Below, piece by piece: positions 18,763-28,263 of a stretch of 64,000 nucleotides of DNA. The position numbers and the translations under genes are program-made. Under the pieces are notes generated by a model that ran no database searches, was not told the origin of the DNA, and saw nothing but the letters and a program-made list of their open reading frames with translations. Source of the stretch: a virus (taxonomy: Duplodnaviria > Caudoviricetes); IMG/VR virus record IMGVR_UViG_3300044611_001018. One strand, given 5' to 3'. How positions within the stretch are numbered: the stretch's first letter is position 1; each line of letters starts with the position of its first letter.

Positions 18763-19374
18763 TTAATGCTTATTTTTTGCCTTGTATTTATTTATGAAAT
18801 TTCTAATTTTCTTTGTATTAGTCATTCTCATAACATATTCCCTAAAAGCATCAGTCCCAACCTCCCTTTGAGTTGCAGGAACTCCAGATACTTCTGTCCA
18901 CTCTTTTACATCCCTAATCCAAGACTTAAACATTTGTTCATCTTCAGTTACACAAATTAAATGATTGGTTCCTCTACGAACAATCTTACCAATCATTCCA
19001 GTTTTTATATTTTGAACAAAAGTATGTTCGTTAAAAATTTCTCCAGCAATATATCTTTCTCTAAGTTCACGTTCTTGATTCCTATCAATTGATTCTGCTG
19101 GATTAATTTTAACAGTATTCTTCTTTCTAAAACTTGGATTTTGTGTGGCGACTGGTCTTTGATTTGCTGCTGTTCTAACTTGTGCAGGGTCTTGTCCACC
19201 AACTACTTGATTTTGATTATAAAACTTTAATCGACCACCGACATTTTTTGCAATAAACTCTCCAGTATTTTTATCATGATATCCACCATGACCATCTGGC
19301 ACAAGACCTAATCTCCTGCCATGAATAGTGGCAAGAGATTTAGACTCATTTACAAACTGAGAGAATGTTTTCAT
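18763..19374 (-). CDS. Cyanophage 'cytidylyltransferase'-family protein lacking the catalytic domain
   Basis: N-terminal GLVPDGHGG..GEFIAK and C-terminal GKIVRRGTNHLICVTED..FKSWI / REVGTD blocks present; no GRFNPPxxGH domain; ATAAATA at 19394-19400. Confidence 0.55.
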   Translation of the reverse strand: MKTFSQFVNESKSLATIHGRRLGLVPDGHGGYHDKNTGEFIAKNVGGRLKFYNQNQVVGGQDPAQVRTAANQRPVATQNPSFRKKNTVKINPAESIDRNQERELRERYIAGEIFNEHTFVQNIKTGMIGKIVRRGTNHLICVTEDEQMFKSWIRDVKEWTEVSGVPATQREVGTDAFREYVMRMTNTKKIRNFINKYKAKNKH

Positions 19375-19404
19375 AATTGTTTTAATATACAAATATTTAT
19401 CAAA

Positions 19405-20487
19405 TCAAATTTCCTTGTCTCTACGTTTTGTGATGTACCCGCGAGTCCAAATACCCCCGCGCACACCATATATAGACCTCGACTTTATTTTAATTCTACG
19501 AGATCTTTCTCCACCACGAGCACCAAGAACTGGTTCATAATCCCCCTGCAGCGAAGTAAGATTTCCTTTTCTGACTGTCTTAGTAGTAAATCTCAAACTT
19601 ATAATTTTACCATTAGATGTAAAGTTTGGTCTACCTTGAACAAAAAAGTCTACACTATCATGCCCAGAAGATCTAGAGTAATCTTTACCAAAAACAGATT
19701 GTTTTTTTAGATTATTATCTTGTATTTCTCGCCAAACAGATGCATAGTCCTTTTTATAAGTATCCCAGTTATCAACTACAACTTTTTTAAAGTCTTCAAC
19801 CTCCGAATTGTTGACGATATCTGTTCCTGCTCTTTCTGTTATACCTCCATATTGTTGGAAATCAGTAGCAGTATCTCCTTTCTTATAAGACAAGAATCCT
19901 ATCTCATTTCCATCATAATCTACAATAACAAAGTCTGCTTTTCTAGTTCCTATTCCACCAACAAATCCAGCAACATTAAAGTAGTACTTATTCCTAATTC
20001 TTAAAGTAACTGGCATGTTGTTACCAAGTTCTTGAATCTTTTGGTTGATATTTTTTAAAACTTCTACCTCTGTTCTATCTCTAGGAGTTCTTTTTAAACC
20101 TGGATGTTTTTTAAAGACTTCTTGAAGTAAACTATTCCAAATAAAATGATTTATAAAATCTCTACCATTAGAATACTTAAAAAATATTCTAATTCCCTTT
20201 TCCTTTTTACCAATTTTATAATAGTTATCAATATAAATTGCTTTAAATGTAGACCCTCTTATTTTATCCTCACGAAAAGGGATATTAAGATCCTTTAAAA
20301 CATCATCAACAAGTTCAAATGTTGATACTCTATCATCTGCTCTTACAACAATTCTTGCATATTCTACAGAATTTTTTATTGTTGGAAATTGGTCCTTTAC
20401 AAGTTTTATTTTACCATCGGAAATTTTGTCACTCAGGAGTCGATATATGGTATCCGCAGTATAATTTCCTGGATTACTTTGTGCCAT
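19405..20487 (-). CDS. Hypothetical protein, possible PD-(D/E)xK-like nuclease
   Basis: E..KADF...FLSYKKG..FQQYGG pattern; CTAAATA at 20508-20514. Confidence 0.4.
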   Translation of the reverse strand: MAQSNPGNYTADTIYRLLSDKISDGKIKLVKDQFPTIKNSVEYARIVVRADDRVSTFELVDDVLKDLNIPFREDKIRGSTFKAIYIDNYYKIGKKEKGIRIFFKYSNGRDFINHFIWNSLLQEVFKKHPGLKRTPRDRTEVEVLKNINQKIQELGNNMPVTLRIRNKYYFNVAGFVGGIGTRKADFVIVDYDGNEIGFLSYKKGDTATDFQQYGGITERAGTDIVNNSEVEDFKKVVVDNWDTYKKDYASVWREIQDNNLKKQSVFGKDYSRSSGHDSVDFFVQGRPNFTSNGKIISLRFTTKTVRKGNLTSLQGDYEPVLGARGGERSRRIKIKSRSIYGVRGGIWTRGYITKRRDKEI

Positions 20488-20515
20488 CTAAAAGAATGGA
20501 TTTTTTTTATTTAGA

Positions 20516-20598
20516 TACCCAGTATAGGACTTGAACCTACACACCATAAAGATAACAGGACCTAAACCTGTCGCGTCTACCAATTCCGCCAACTGGGC
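20516..20598 (-). tRNA. trnL: tRNA-Leu(TAG), no encoded CCA
   Basis: Acceptor GCCCAGT/ACTGGGT; D loop GGAATTGGTAG; anticodon stem ACAGG/CCTGT with loop TTTAGGT; long variable arm; GGTTCAAGTCC T arm. Confidence 0.93.
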
Positions 20599-20599
20599 A

Positions 20600-21232
20600 T
20601 TATAAAAATCCAACAGAATAATCTTTATCTGTAATATAATCTATACACAGAACAGTTCTGCAAGATTTCATTTTATTCTCAACTCTATGTTTTGACATAG
20701 GGTGAAATATATAGAATGATTGGTTGATAAAAGATTTAGTCTCAACCTCACCATTATCATCCATTATTTGTATTATAGCATCATCTGGGTCATTTGGGTC
20801 AATGTCCAACCCCCAAATAATTCTAAGTAATTTAACACCTGGAATATAATCTTGATCAATATGCCAATTTAAAAACTGTCCAGGGTCTAATGCATTAATT
20901 GCACAAGCATCAGTCAATCCAACTTCTAACAAAACACTCGTCAAGAAGGGTAACGCTGAGGTATTAAAAACCACAGGTGTTCTTTCAGCAAAAAGAGGCG
21001 CAAGATGCCAACCAAATTTAGAAGAATTTCTTTTTTCTGCAGAAAAATAAGAGGAATATCCAATAGGATATCCTCTATTTTGTTTTTTAATATATTCGTT
21101 TTGCTGTTCAGTAAAATCTCTAAATTCTAACCTATTGAAGTTATTCCTATACTCTTCTAAAATTTTATTATAATTATCATTTAAAAGAGATAACTTTGGG
21201 TGAATATCTTGATAGGATAAAAATTTAGACAT
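20600..21232 (-). CDS. Asp/Asn beta-hydroxylase-like 2OG-Fe(II) oxygenase
   Basis: LDPGQFLNWHID (HxD), HRVEN, RTVLCID. Confidence 0.65.
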   Translation of the reverse strand: MSKFLSYQDIHPKLSLLNDNYNKILEEYRNNFNRLEFRDFTEQQNEYIKKQNRGYPIGYSSYFSAEKRNSSKFGWHLAPLFAERTPVVFNTSALPFLTSVLLEVGLTDACAINALDPGQFLNWHIDQDYIPGVKLLRIIWGLDIDPNDPDDAIIQIMDDNGEVETKSFINQSFYIFHPMSKHRVENKMKSCRTVLCIDYITDKDYSVGFL

Positions 21233-21236
21233 ACAT

Positions 21237-21710
21237 TCAAAGATCGCCTTCTACACGATTCTCTGAGCGATACACATCAAAAGCACCTTCAGGATAACGA
21301 GCACTTAATTTTTCATAATTCATTTGAAGAATCTCATCAAAATTAGTGCCTAGTGCCATACACGCTTGGGCAATATACCAACAAATATCTCCAAGTTCTC
21401 GCTTCATATGAAAAATACTTTCATCATTATACGATTTACCCTGAAGGAAAATTTTCTTCACAACTTCGGTAAATTCACCTGCTTCTGCAGTCATACCAAG
21501 AGCGGCAGTTAGAAGCCTAGGAACATCTGCATCAGTTGATGCTTCAAGTTCAGTGAGGCGGGACAGAAGATTTGATAGTTCGCTACTTGCAGGACTAGTA
21601 GTTTGACGAACAAAATCAATATACTTATTACTATCAATAACTTTATTTTCTTTCATAGTAAACTCAAGAGAACCATCAGTGTTTTCTTTTTTTGAGATTG
21701 TGAGTGTCAT
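21237..21710 (-). CDS. mazG: MazG-like nucleoside triphosphate pyrophosphohydrolase
   Basis: LGMTAEAGEFTEVVKK..HMKRELGDICWY..NYEKLSARYP. Confidence 0.92.
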   Translation of the reverse strand: MTLTISKKENTDGSLEFTMKENKVIDSNKYIDFVRQTTSPASSELSNLLSRLTELEASTDADVPRLLTAALGMTAEAGEFTEVVKKIFLQGKSYNDESIFHMKRELGDICWYIAQACMALGTNFDEILQMNYEKLSARYPEGAFDVYRSENRVEGDL

Positions 21711-21744
21711 GTTTAATTAAGATACGAATACAGTTTATCAAAAA

Positions 21745-22968
21745 TCAGGAATTTTGTCTAGTGTTGCCATAATGTATTACGGTAACCTCACTGGATTTAA
21801 ACTTTCTCCAAGGGTCAACCACAATACTTCCTTTAGGTACGTCACAGTATAATTCATCACTTTCTGGAGCGTCCCAATATTTGTATGTAGTTGTTGCACT
21901 GTGCGCTAGTAGAAATACTGCAGGACTTTGTGGTTGATAATTGTCTCCAGTACAACTATCAACATATGTTGGAGATTTACCAAATTCTTCACAATAATGA
22001 CCAACTAACAAACTATAACTTCCATCAAGATGCGATACTCTTGGTTTATAAGATTTTCCATGAATGATAATTGGAAGATTATATTTGTTAGACAATTCAA
22101 CAAGGTATTTTGCTAAGTTTTTAGCTTGACCTTCTCTAGAACCCATAACAGATTCAAAAATATCATATCCAAGGTTTAATTTTTTAGACAGATATCTAAG
22201 AGCAATATTATCTCTTGGGTGACATGCACCACCATCACCCATCCCAGCAGTCATATAAGATGAGTTAATAATTCTTGTTCCTGCAGAACAGAGAGCATTT
22301 GTTACAATATCTACGTTAATATTTCCTTGGCGCATCGCAACATCTTGAATCATATTAACAAATCCAATTTTGGTGCTGATAAAAGTATTGTAAAAAACTT
22401 TAATACATTCACATTCATCCCAAGTTCCTACAAAATATTTTGGAGAATTTTCCATGATTGTTTTGTAAAACTTGATAAGTTCTTTAGCATCTCCTGTTGT
22501 ATTTCCATCTTCTGTACCAATCATAACCATTTCAGGATTTACCATATCCCAACCAACTGTTCCCATGGCGATAAGATAGGGATTATAAACAAATCTTGCA
22601 TTTGTCATTAATGGTTTGAACTGTTCTCTTGTTGTTCCAGGAAGAACTGTAGAAATTAAAACCACCAACTGCCCATTTGCTACAGAATTTACTTGACTGA
22701 GGCATTGTTTGACAATTGAATAATCAAAGTCTTTTGGTTCCAAGTGCATTGATGGTGTACTTCCATCATAATCTGGTTCATGTGGAGTTGGAACAGCAAC
22801 AAAGATAATTTTACTTTTTTTAACTACTTCTTCTATAGAAGAACAGATATTAATTAAATTACTTTTTTTAAATTCAATATCATATCCATAAACATTATGA
22901 TTTTTAGCAGCAATCTCTGCTGCACATGGAAGACCCAATTTACCAAGCCCAATAAACCCAATGTTCAT
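21745..22968 (-). CDS. ugd: UDP-glucose/GDP-mannose 6-dehydrogenase family protein
   Basis: GLGKLGLP Rossmann motif; FVAVPTP, ISTVLPGT, YNPYLI, catalytic GGACHPRD. Confidence 0.85.
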   Translation of the reverse strand: MNIGFIGLGKLGLPCAAEIAAKNHNVYGYDIEFKKSNLINICSSIEEVVKKSKIIFVAVPTPHEPDYDGSTPSMHLEPKDFDYSIVKQCLSQVNSVANGQLVVLISTVLPGTTREQFKPLMTNARFVYNPYLIAMGTVGWDMVNPEMVMIGTEDGNTTGDAKELIKFYKTIMENSPKYFVGTWDECECIKVFYNTFISTKIGFVNMIQDVAMRQGNINVDIVTNALCSAGTRIINSSYMTAGMGDGGACHPRDNIALRYLSKKLNLGYDIFESVMGSREGQAKNLAKYLVELSNKYNLPIIIHGKSYKPRVSHLDGSYSLLVGHYCEEFGKSPTYVDSCTGDNYQPQSPAVFLLAHSATTTYKYWDAPESDELYCDVPKGSIVVDPWRKFKSSEVTVIHYGNTRQNS

Positions 22969-23930
22969 GCTTCTCTTTCCAAATCTAAAGTTACGCAGTG
23001 GAATCCTCCACTAAGAGTTCTTTGATGCCTCATTGGAAGCATTGCACATTCTATGCCATATGTTTCTAAAATTTTTCTAGTTGGATGTTGATGTTCTTCA
23101 AGAGCAACTAGATTTGGAGAAACACTAAACAAATTCATGTTACACCACTCTGAGGCATTATTATAACCTGGATAGTATCCAATGTCTACTGGGTCTGGCG
23201 CATTGATAATTTCCCAAGTATTAAATGGATATGGAAGCATATCTCTATGTTTTACTCTTGTTGGATTTACCATCATCAAACCCTCACGTAAAAAAGCTAT
23301 AGTAGTATCAATATGAACAAAAGTGTAGATATCTTTTACAATCCTAACTGTTGCAGAAGAACCCAGATTATTTTGTAGAATAGTTGCTCCAGCAACGTTA
23401 CCGCTATTTGAGATTAAATACAAAACTTCTTCATTAGCACGAATTGCATTTGCAGCATCAAATGCTGGGGTTAACTCAGTTAGTGCTAGTACTGAAGGAT
23501 CACCAATACAAGATTCATCATATAAATCATCATGATATGAACAGGGAATTTCTATTGTTCTTGGAATATGGTGAGAAAAAGACCTCCAATTACCTCTTCT
23601 TGCTCTCAAAGGTTGTGGAGTTGCCAAGGATAATTCACCATGAACAAATACACAATCCCTTGGACAATAATTATAATATTTTGTAGGTTCTCTATTTGGT
23701 CTTAAAACTTCAACATTTTCACCAACTAAAAAATTACAAAAAGTTTCAAGATCTTCATTTGCCTCATCAATTACTTGTTGTGGATATAATCCCGTTTTAA
23801 CATCAGATACATCTTGAATTCCAGCATAATTAATTGTCCTTAAACTTTTATCCATTGTTGGGATAGTTGCATGATCTGCAACACCAACAATAACTTTTTT
23901 TAGTTTATCCCATTCGTTTTTTGCGTACAT
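22965..23930 (-). CDS. L-arginine amidinotransferase (glycine/inosamine-phosphate amidinotransferase family)
   Basis: NEWDKLKKVIVG, YCPRD, FDAAN, HIDTT, terminal GGFHCVTLDL; Asp-His-Cys triad. Confidence 0.85.
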   Translation of the reverse strand: MYAKNEWDKLKKVIVGVADHATIPTMDKSLRTINYAGIQDVSDVKTGLYPQQVIDEANEDLETFCNFLVGENVEVLRPNREPTKYYNYCPRDCVFVHGELSLATPQPLRARRGNWRSFSHHIPRTIEIPCSYHDDLYDESCIGDPSVLALTELTPAFDAANAIRANEEVLYLISNSGNVAGATILQNNLGSSATVRIVKDIYTFVHIDTTIAFLREGLMMVNPTRVKHRDMLPYPFNTWEIINAPDPVDIGYYPGYNNASEWCNMNLFSVSPNLVALEEHQHPTRKILETYGIECAMLPMRHQRTLSGGFHCVTLDLEREA

Positions 23931-23933
23931 AAT

Positions 23934-24734
23934 TCAACTCGTAGTTAAAACCATTTTGTGGTCATTTTCTTTTCCATATGTAAAGAAGTCATCTAATGTA
24001 AATTTTAGATGTTCCTTCATCCACCAATAATAATATGCACATCTAGATTTTTTATGGTGAATTCTATTTATTTCTATACCAAACTCTGTGCTTGAAGATT
24101 TAATATTTGTGGTTATTAAAGGTATAGAATACGTTCTTCCAGTATGTCCGATGAGATAATCTACTGTTGTAGAACTCTTATTAAACTTATCAATTGATAC
24201 AACTTTATCAAATCTATACTTATCTCCATAACAATGCAATTCTAAAATTTTTTCAACGTATTCTCTAGTCAACATGACTGGTCCAAAATAACTATGTCTT
24301 AATTTTGGATGTAAAAAGAAAGGGATAAACTCTTCAGATTCAAATCCAAGTTGAATACAATCCCAATCATAGGGAAGTCTACTCATTAAGTAATTCCAAT
24401 CAAAATTCCAATATTCAAATAAATTCAAATCATAGTCATCTTCCATTAACAACAAATAATCATCTTGTTTAGTATTAATCCACCGTTTAAGGAATTCTAA
24501 ATGAGTAACCGCATTCCCTAAGGCATATGCAGGTATACCAGTTACTTTACCCACAACAAAGTCAGAACCCCATTCATTTAATTCAGAAGCTAGAAATTTA
24601 GATGCAGATACTCTTGTAAATTTTAACTTCCAGTAATCAAACTGGTCTTCCATATATTCTTTTCTGTCAATCCTATTGTCTAGATTAACATAATATATGT
24701 GAGGAAAATTATTAAATCTATTTTTTAAATCCAT
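23934..24734 (-). CDS. GT25-like glycosyltransferase, paralogue 1
   Basis: YYVNLDNRIDRKEYM, LLMEDD, LPYDWDCIQLG. Confidence 0.75.
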   Translation of the reverse strand: MDLKNRFNNFPHIYYVNLDNRIDRKEYMEDQFDYWKLKFTRVSASKFLASELNEWGSDFVVGKVTGIPAYALGNAVTHLEFLKRWINTKQDDYLLLMEDDYDLNLFEYWNFDWNYLMSRLPYDWDCIQLGFESEEFIPFFLHPKLRHSYFGPVMLTREYVEKILELHCYGDKYRFDKVVSIDKFNKSSTTVDYLIGHTGRTYSIPLITTNIKSSSTEFGIEINRIHHKKSRCAYYYWWMKEHLKFTLDDFFTYGKENDHKMVLTTS

Positions 24735-24739
24735 AACGA

Positions 24740-25540
24740 TTAAAAATACTTAGATACTTTCTTAATCATCCCAACGTCGTTTTGTTTTCCATATGTAAAT
24801 ATCTCATCAAAACTATGTCGTTTACTATCATTCCTCCACCAATCATAGTAAGCAAGTCTTGATGCTTTTGTAATAATATATCTTTTAGTTGTTTTATCAA
24901 AAAAATCTGTATGGTTTGGAAACATTGGCAAACAATATGTTTTTCCACAATGTCCCAAAAAATAGTCTACTGTGCCAGACTTTAATCCATAATTTTTATT
25001 TGCAATATAGTTTGTAAGATTATATTTTTCTCCTACACAATGAAGTCTTATTAATTTTTTAACATATCTCCTATTAAGCATCGAGATGCCAAACGTATGA
25101 GCTGGCATGATTGGATGTAAGTAGAATGGAATATAATTTATATTCTCAAATCCAAGGAGTAAAGAATCCCAATCATAAGGAAGTCTACTCATTAAATATT
25201 CCCAATCAAATTGCCAATAAATTTCTAACCCAAAATCTAGAGTATCTTTAGAAATTATTAATCTATCTTCTTCAGTATTGTCATACCAATTTTTTAAAAA
25301 CTCCAATACGCTAATAGCATAAGCTGCTGTAGGTATTGGTAATTTATATTCCTTTAAATTAATCAGTAGATTCTTCCATTCAGATACATTATCTTTTGTA
25401 TATTTAATTGGTACTCTTTCATAATCTTGAACCCGCATATTACTTAGATTACGATCCATATGCTCATCCAAATGAGCATGTTCATCATAGTTAAAATAAT
25501 ATACTTTTGGTATTCCTTTTAATTTATCTTTTAAATTCAT
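24740..25540 (-). CDS. GT25-like glycosyltransferase, paralogue 2 (EDD motif degenerate)
   Basis: YYFNYD, LPYDWDSLLLG conserved; IISKDT replaces LMEDD. Confidence 0.65.
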   Translation of the reverse strand: MNLKDKLKGIPKVYYFNYDEHAHLDEHMDRNLSNMRVQDYERVPIKYTKDNVSEWKNLLINLKEYKLPIPTAAYAISVLEFLKNWYDNTEEDRLIISKDTLDFGLEIYWQFDWEYLMSRLPYDWDSLLLGFENINYIPFYLHPIMPAHTFGISMLNRRYVKKLIRLHCVGEKYNLTNYIANKNYGLKSGTVDYFLGHCGKTYCLPMFPNHTDFFDKTTKRYIITKASRLAYYDWWRNDSKRHSFDEIFTYGKQNDVGMIKKVSKYF

Positions 25541-25586
25541 AATAAGTTAGAAACTCTTCTCTACAATTCAGTACTTCTGTTCAAAG

Positions 25587-25593
25587 TATTTAT
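25587..25593 (-). promoter_or_regulatory. Internal late promoter ATAAATA
   Basis: Lies in the only sizeable gap of the cassette, 46 nt upstream of GT paralogue 2. Confidence 0.5.
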
Positions 25594-25610
25594 CGTCCCA
25601 TAGGGGGAAA

Positions 25611-26513
25611 TTATTTTCTAAAGTAGTCAAGATAAAGTTCCCCATATAATTCTACACCTTTATTTGATATATCATATGTCCTAAACCTCTCAGGTTTTAA
25701 ACTCATTCTCTCATGGTCATCTGATCCATATGTAAAAAATTGATCTATAGAATACAAGTCTCGCTCATGTTGCCACCAAAAATAATAAGTATTTCTTGCC
25801 ATAACATCACCCTCTTCTCTAAAAAATCTTTGGATGACACTATTATTTTCAAAACTTCCAAAATTTGGATTGATAGTAATTAAAGGTAAGCAATAAGTTC
25901 TTCCAGTATGCACCATAAAATAGTCAACTGTTCCAGATCCAGCAACATCGTTTTGCCTATTCCATGCAGCATTACAAACAGTATTAACTAGTTTATATTG
26001 ATCCCCAACGCAATGCAAATCTAATAGCTTCTCAACATAACCTCGATTTAACAAAACTGGACCAAAGTCATGAGCTGGTTCAATTGGGTGCAAATGAAAC
26101 TTCAATGCAGTTGGATTTTCAAATCCCATCAAAATGCAATCCCAATCATAAGGCAATCTTTCTATAAGATCTCTCCAAGAAAAATGCCAACGTTCAATAA
26201 GTCCCAAATCATAATCATCTTCCATTAAAATAACATATTGGTCTTCAGTATTTCTATACCAATCCTTTAGAAAATCCAAATGTGTTATTGCATTTGCGGC
26301 AATTGGAACTAACAAGTTATATTCATCAATATCTTTTATTAAATGCTTCCACTTACCATTTTCAGATGCTAGATATTTTGTTCCAGAAACTCTAGAGTAC
26401 TTTATACCATACTTATCAAATTGCTTAACCATCCAATTTTTTCTATCTAATCTATTATCCAGATTAAAATAGTTTACTAATGGCATCCCATCCAACTTAC
26501 TTTTTATATCCAT
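25611..26513 (-). CDS. GT25-like glycosyltransferase, paralogue 3
   Basis: YFNLDNRLDRKNWM, ILMEDD, LPYDWDCILMG. Confidence 0.75.
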   Translation of the reverse strand: MDIKSKLDGMPLVNYFNLDNRLDRKNWMVKQFDKYGIKYSRVSGTKYLASENGKWKHLIKDIDEYNLLVPIAANAITHLDFLKDWYRNTEDQYVILMEDDYDLGLIERWHFSWRDLIERLPYDWDCILMGFENPTALKFHLHPIEPAHDFGPVLLNRGYVEKLLDLHCVGDQYKLVNTVCNAAWNRQNDVAGSGTVDYFMVHTGRTYCLPLITINPNFGSFENNSVIQRFFREEGDVMARNTYYFWWQHERDLYSIDQFFTYGSDDHERMSLKPERFRTYDISNKGVELYGELYLDYFRK

Positions 26514-27388
26514 ATTAATAACCCTTCAGATTTATCCTTAAACACATAAGGTTTTTTAGTGGATATATCAAACATTACCTCCATTCTCCATTCATCATTT
26601 TTATTATAATGAAAAAATTCAAATGCAGAATATGATTTACTTCTCACATTCCACCAGTATTCTGTAGCTTCTGAAGATAATTTATCAACCAAATCGTTAA
26701 CAGTATCACTACCAATAAATTTTTCATTCAAAGAAAATATTGGCAACGTATATGTTATTCCAATATCATAAAAGAAATTGTGCAACCCACCATACTCAAA
26801 ATTGGGTATTGATTTATCTGGAGTAGTGTAATGAAGTAAAAATTTACCATTTCTATAATGGTAATGCTTAATTCTTTTAGCAAAATAACGAGTAATCATG
26901 TAGCAATGACAAGACCCACTATCAGATTCCCATGGGTGCAAGTGCATTTTTATTCTTCGTTCAGCAGAACTAAAAAGTTGAATACAATCCCAATTATATG
27001 GAAGATTTTTTGTTAATAAATCCCAATTAAAAAACCAGTTATTAACAATATCAAACTTAATAATATCCTCCATAAAAATACAAGTCTCTGATTCATTTGA
27101 ATCATACCAATCAATGATTGATTGTAAAGTATTTAAAGTTAATGCTAGTTCTGATGGAGACTGAACTAATTCTTTGTCCAAAACAAGATGCTTCCAATCA
27201 TCATAGTTATCTTCACGGTATATCTTTCTATATCTACTAAAGTTAGAAATTCCCCAAGATTTAAATTGGTTCTGCATATATTCATTTTTTTCAACATCAT
27301 CCTCATGATTTAAATAGATTATTTTAGGAATACCAACTAATCTATTGGTTATAGCATTACATGCTATTTCTAATTCTTCTTCAATCAT
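26504..27388 (-). CDS. GT25-like glycosyltransferase, paralogue 4
   Basis: IIYLNHEDD, IFMEDI, LPYNWDCIQLF. Confidence 0.7.
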   Translation of the reverse strand: MIEEELEIACNAITNRLVGIPKIIYLNHEDDVEKNEYMQNQFKSWGISNFSRYRKIYREDNYDDWKHLVLDKELVQSPSELALTLNTLQSIIDWYDSNESETCIFMEDIIKFDIVNNWFFNWDLLTKNLPYNWDCIQLFSSAERRIKMHLHPWESDSGSCHCYMITRYFAKRIKHYHYRNGKFLLHYTTPDKSIPNFEYGGLHNFFYDIGITYTLPIFSLNEKFIGSDTVNDLVDKLSSEATEYWWNVRSKSYSAFEFFHYNKNDEWRMEVMFDISTKKPYVFKDKSEGLLIWI

Positions 27389-28263
27389 TTTGGCAACACC
27401 TTTTTATCATACTGTGGCAACTGTACTTGCATCATCTCATGAACAGATCCACCATAACTCAGGATATCATCTGCAGTATATTTGTGACTATTATTTTCCC
27501 ACCATTTTTTTATACATGATGTAGCCAAAATATCATAGATTTTATTGTGATATGCACTGATTATAGGATCATACTCTTCATCATTTTCTATATTTTCAAT
27601 CTTATTATCTGGTGCAATAGCTAGTTTAGGATCTAAACAAAACAAAGGTAACGTGTAAGACTTTCCTATTTGATAGAGCAAAAAGTCATCACTACTATAG
27701 GATTCCCTAGGAACTTTCATATCCCTAAGACTATTATCAAGTTTAAATGTGCCATCAGATTTTAAATGTACTTTGATTAGTTTTTCAACAAAAAATCTAT
27801 TAACAATAAAACAAGCAGCAGAGGAACTATGCCACTCTCTTGGATGCAAATGCATCTTTAACACATGATCGTGACAATAATAAAATTGAACAATGTCCCA
27901 ATTATACGGCAAACTCTTCATCACCATTTCCCAATCAAAAGGCCAATATTCAACTAAGTCAAAACAAAGGTCATCTTGAACTATCATGCAAACATCAGAT
28001 ATCCCAGACTCATACCATTCAATTAAGGTAGTAAATTCATTCATTACAATTGATGCATCAGATGGTGCAAGAAGCATCAAATCTAATTTATGTGCCCATT
28101 CATCTATTTTTGCTGTTGAAAATCTAGAGGCAGAGACTCTAGTAAAATCAGTTATTCCCCATTTTTTAAATTGACCCTCGATATGTTCTTTTCTATCCAA
28201 TCTATGGTCTAGGTTCAAATAAAAAATAGGAGGCAAACCTTTTAATTTATTATCTAAATTCAT
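27385..28263 (-). CDS. GT25-like glycosyltransferase, paralogue 5
   Basis: FYLNLDHRLDRKEHI, MIVQDD, LPYNWDIVQFY. Confidence 0.75.
   Translation of the reverse strand: MNLDNKLKGLPPIFYLNLDHRLDRKEHIEGQFKKWGITDFTRVSASRFSTAKIDEWAHKLDLMLLAPSDASIVMNEFTTLIEWYESGISDVCMIVQDDLCFDLVEYWPFDWEMVMKSLPYNWDIVQFYYCHDHVLKMHLHPREWHSSSAACFIVNRFFVEKLIKVHLKSDGTFKLDNSLRDMKVPRESYSSDDFLLYQIGKSYTLPLFCLDPKLAIAPDNKIENIENDEEYDPIISAYHNKIYDILATSCIKKWWENNSHKYTADDILSYGGSVHEMMQVQLPQYDKKVLPK

Noticed and set aside
20516-20598. tRNA as an integration site for the adjacent cassette
   Set aside because: No integrase and no duplicated tRNA 3' end seen; core mazG lies between the tRNA and most of the cassette
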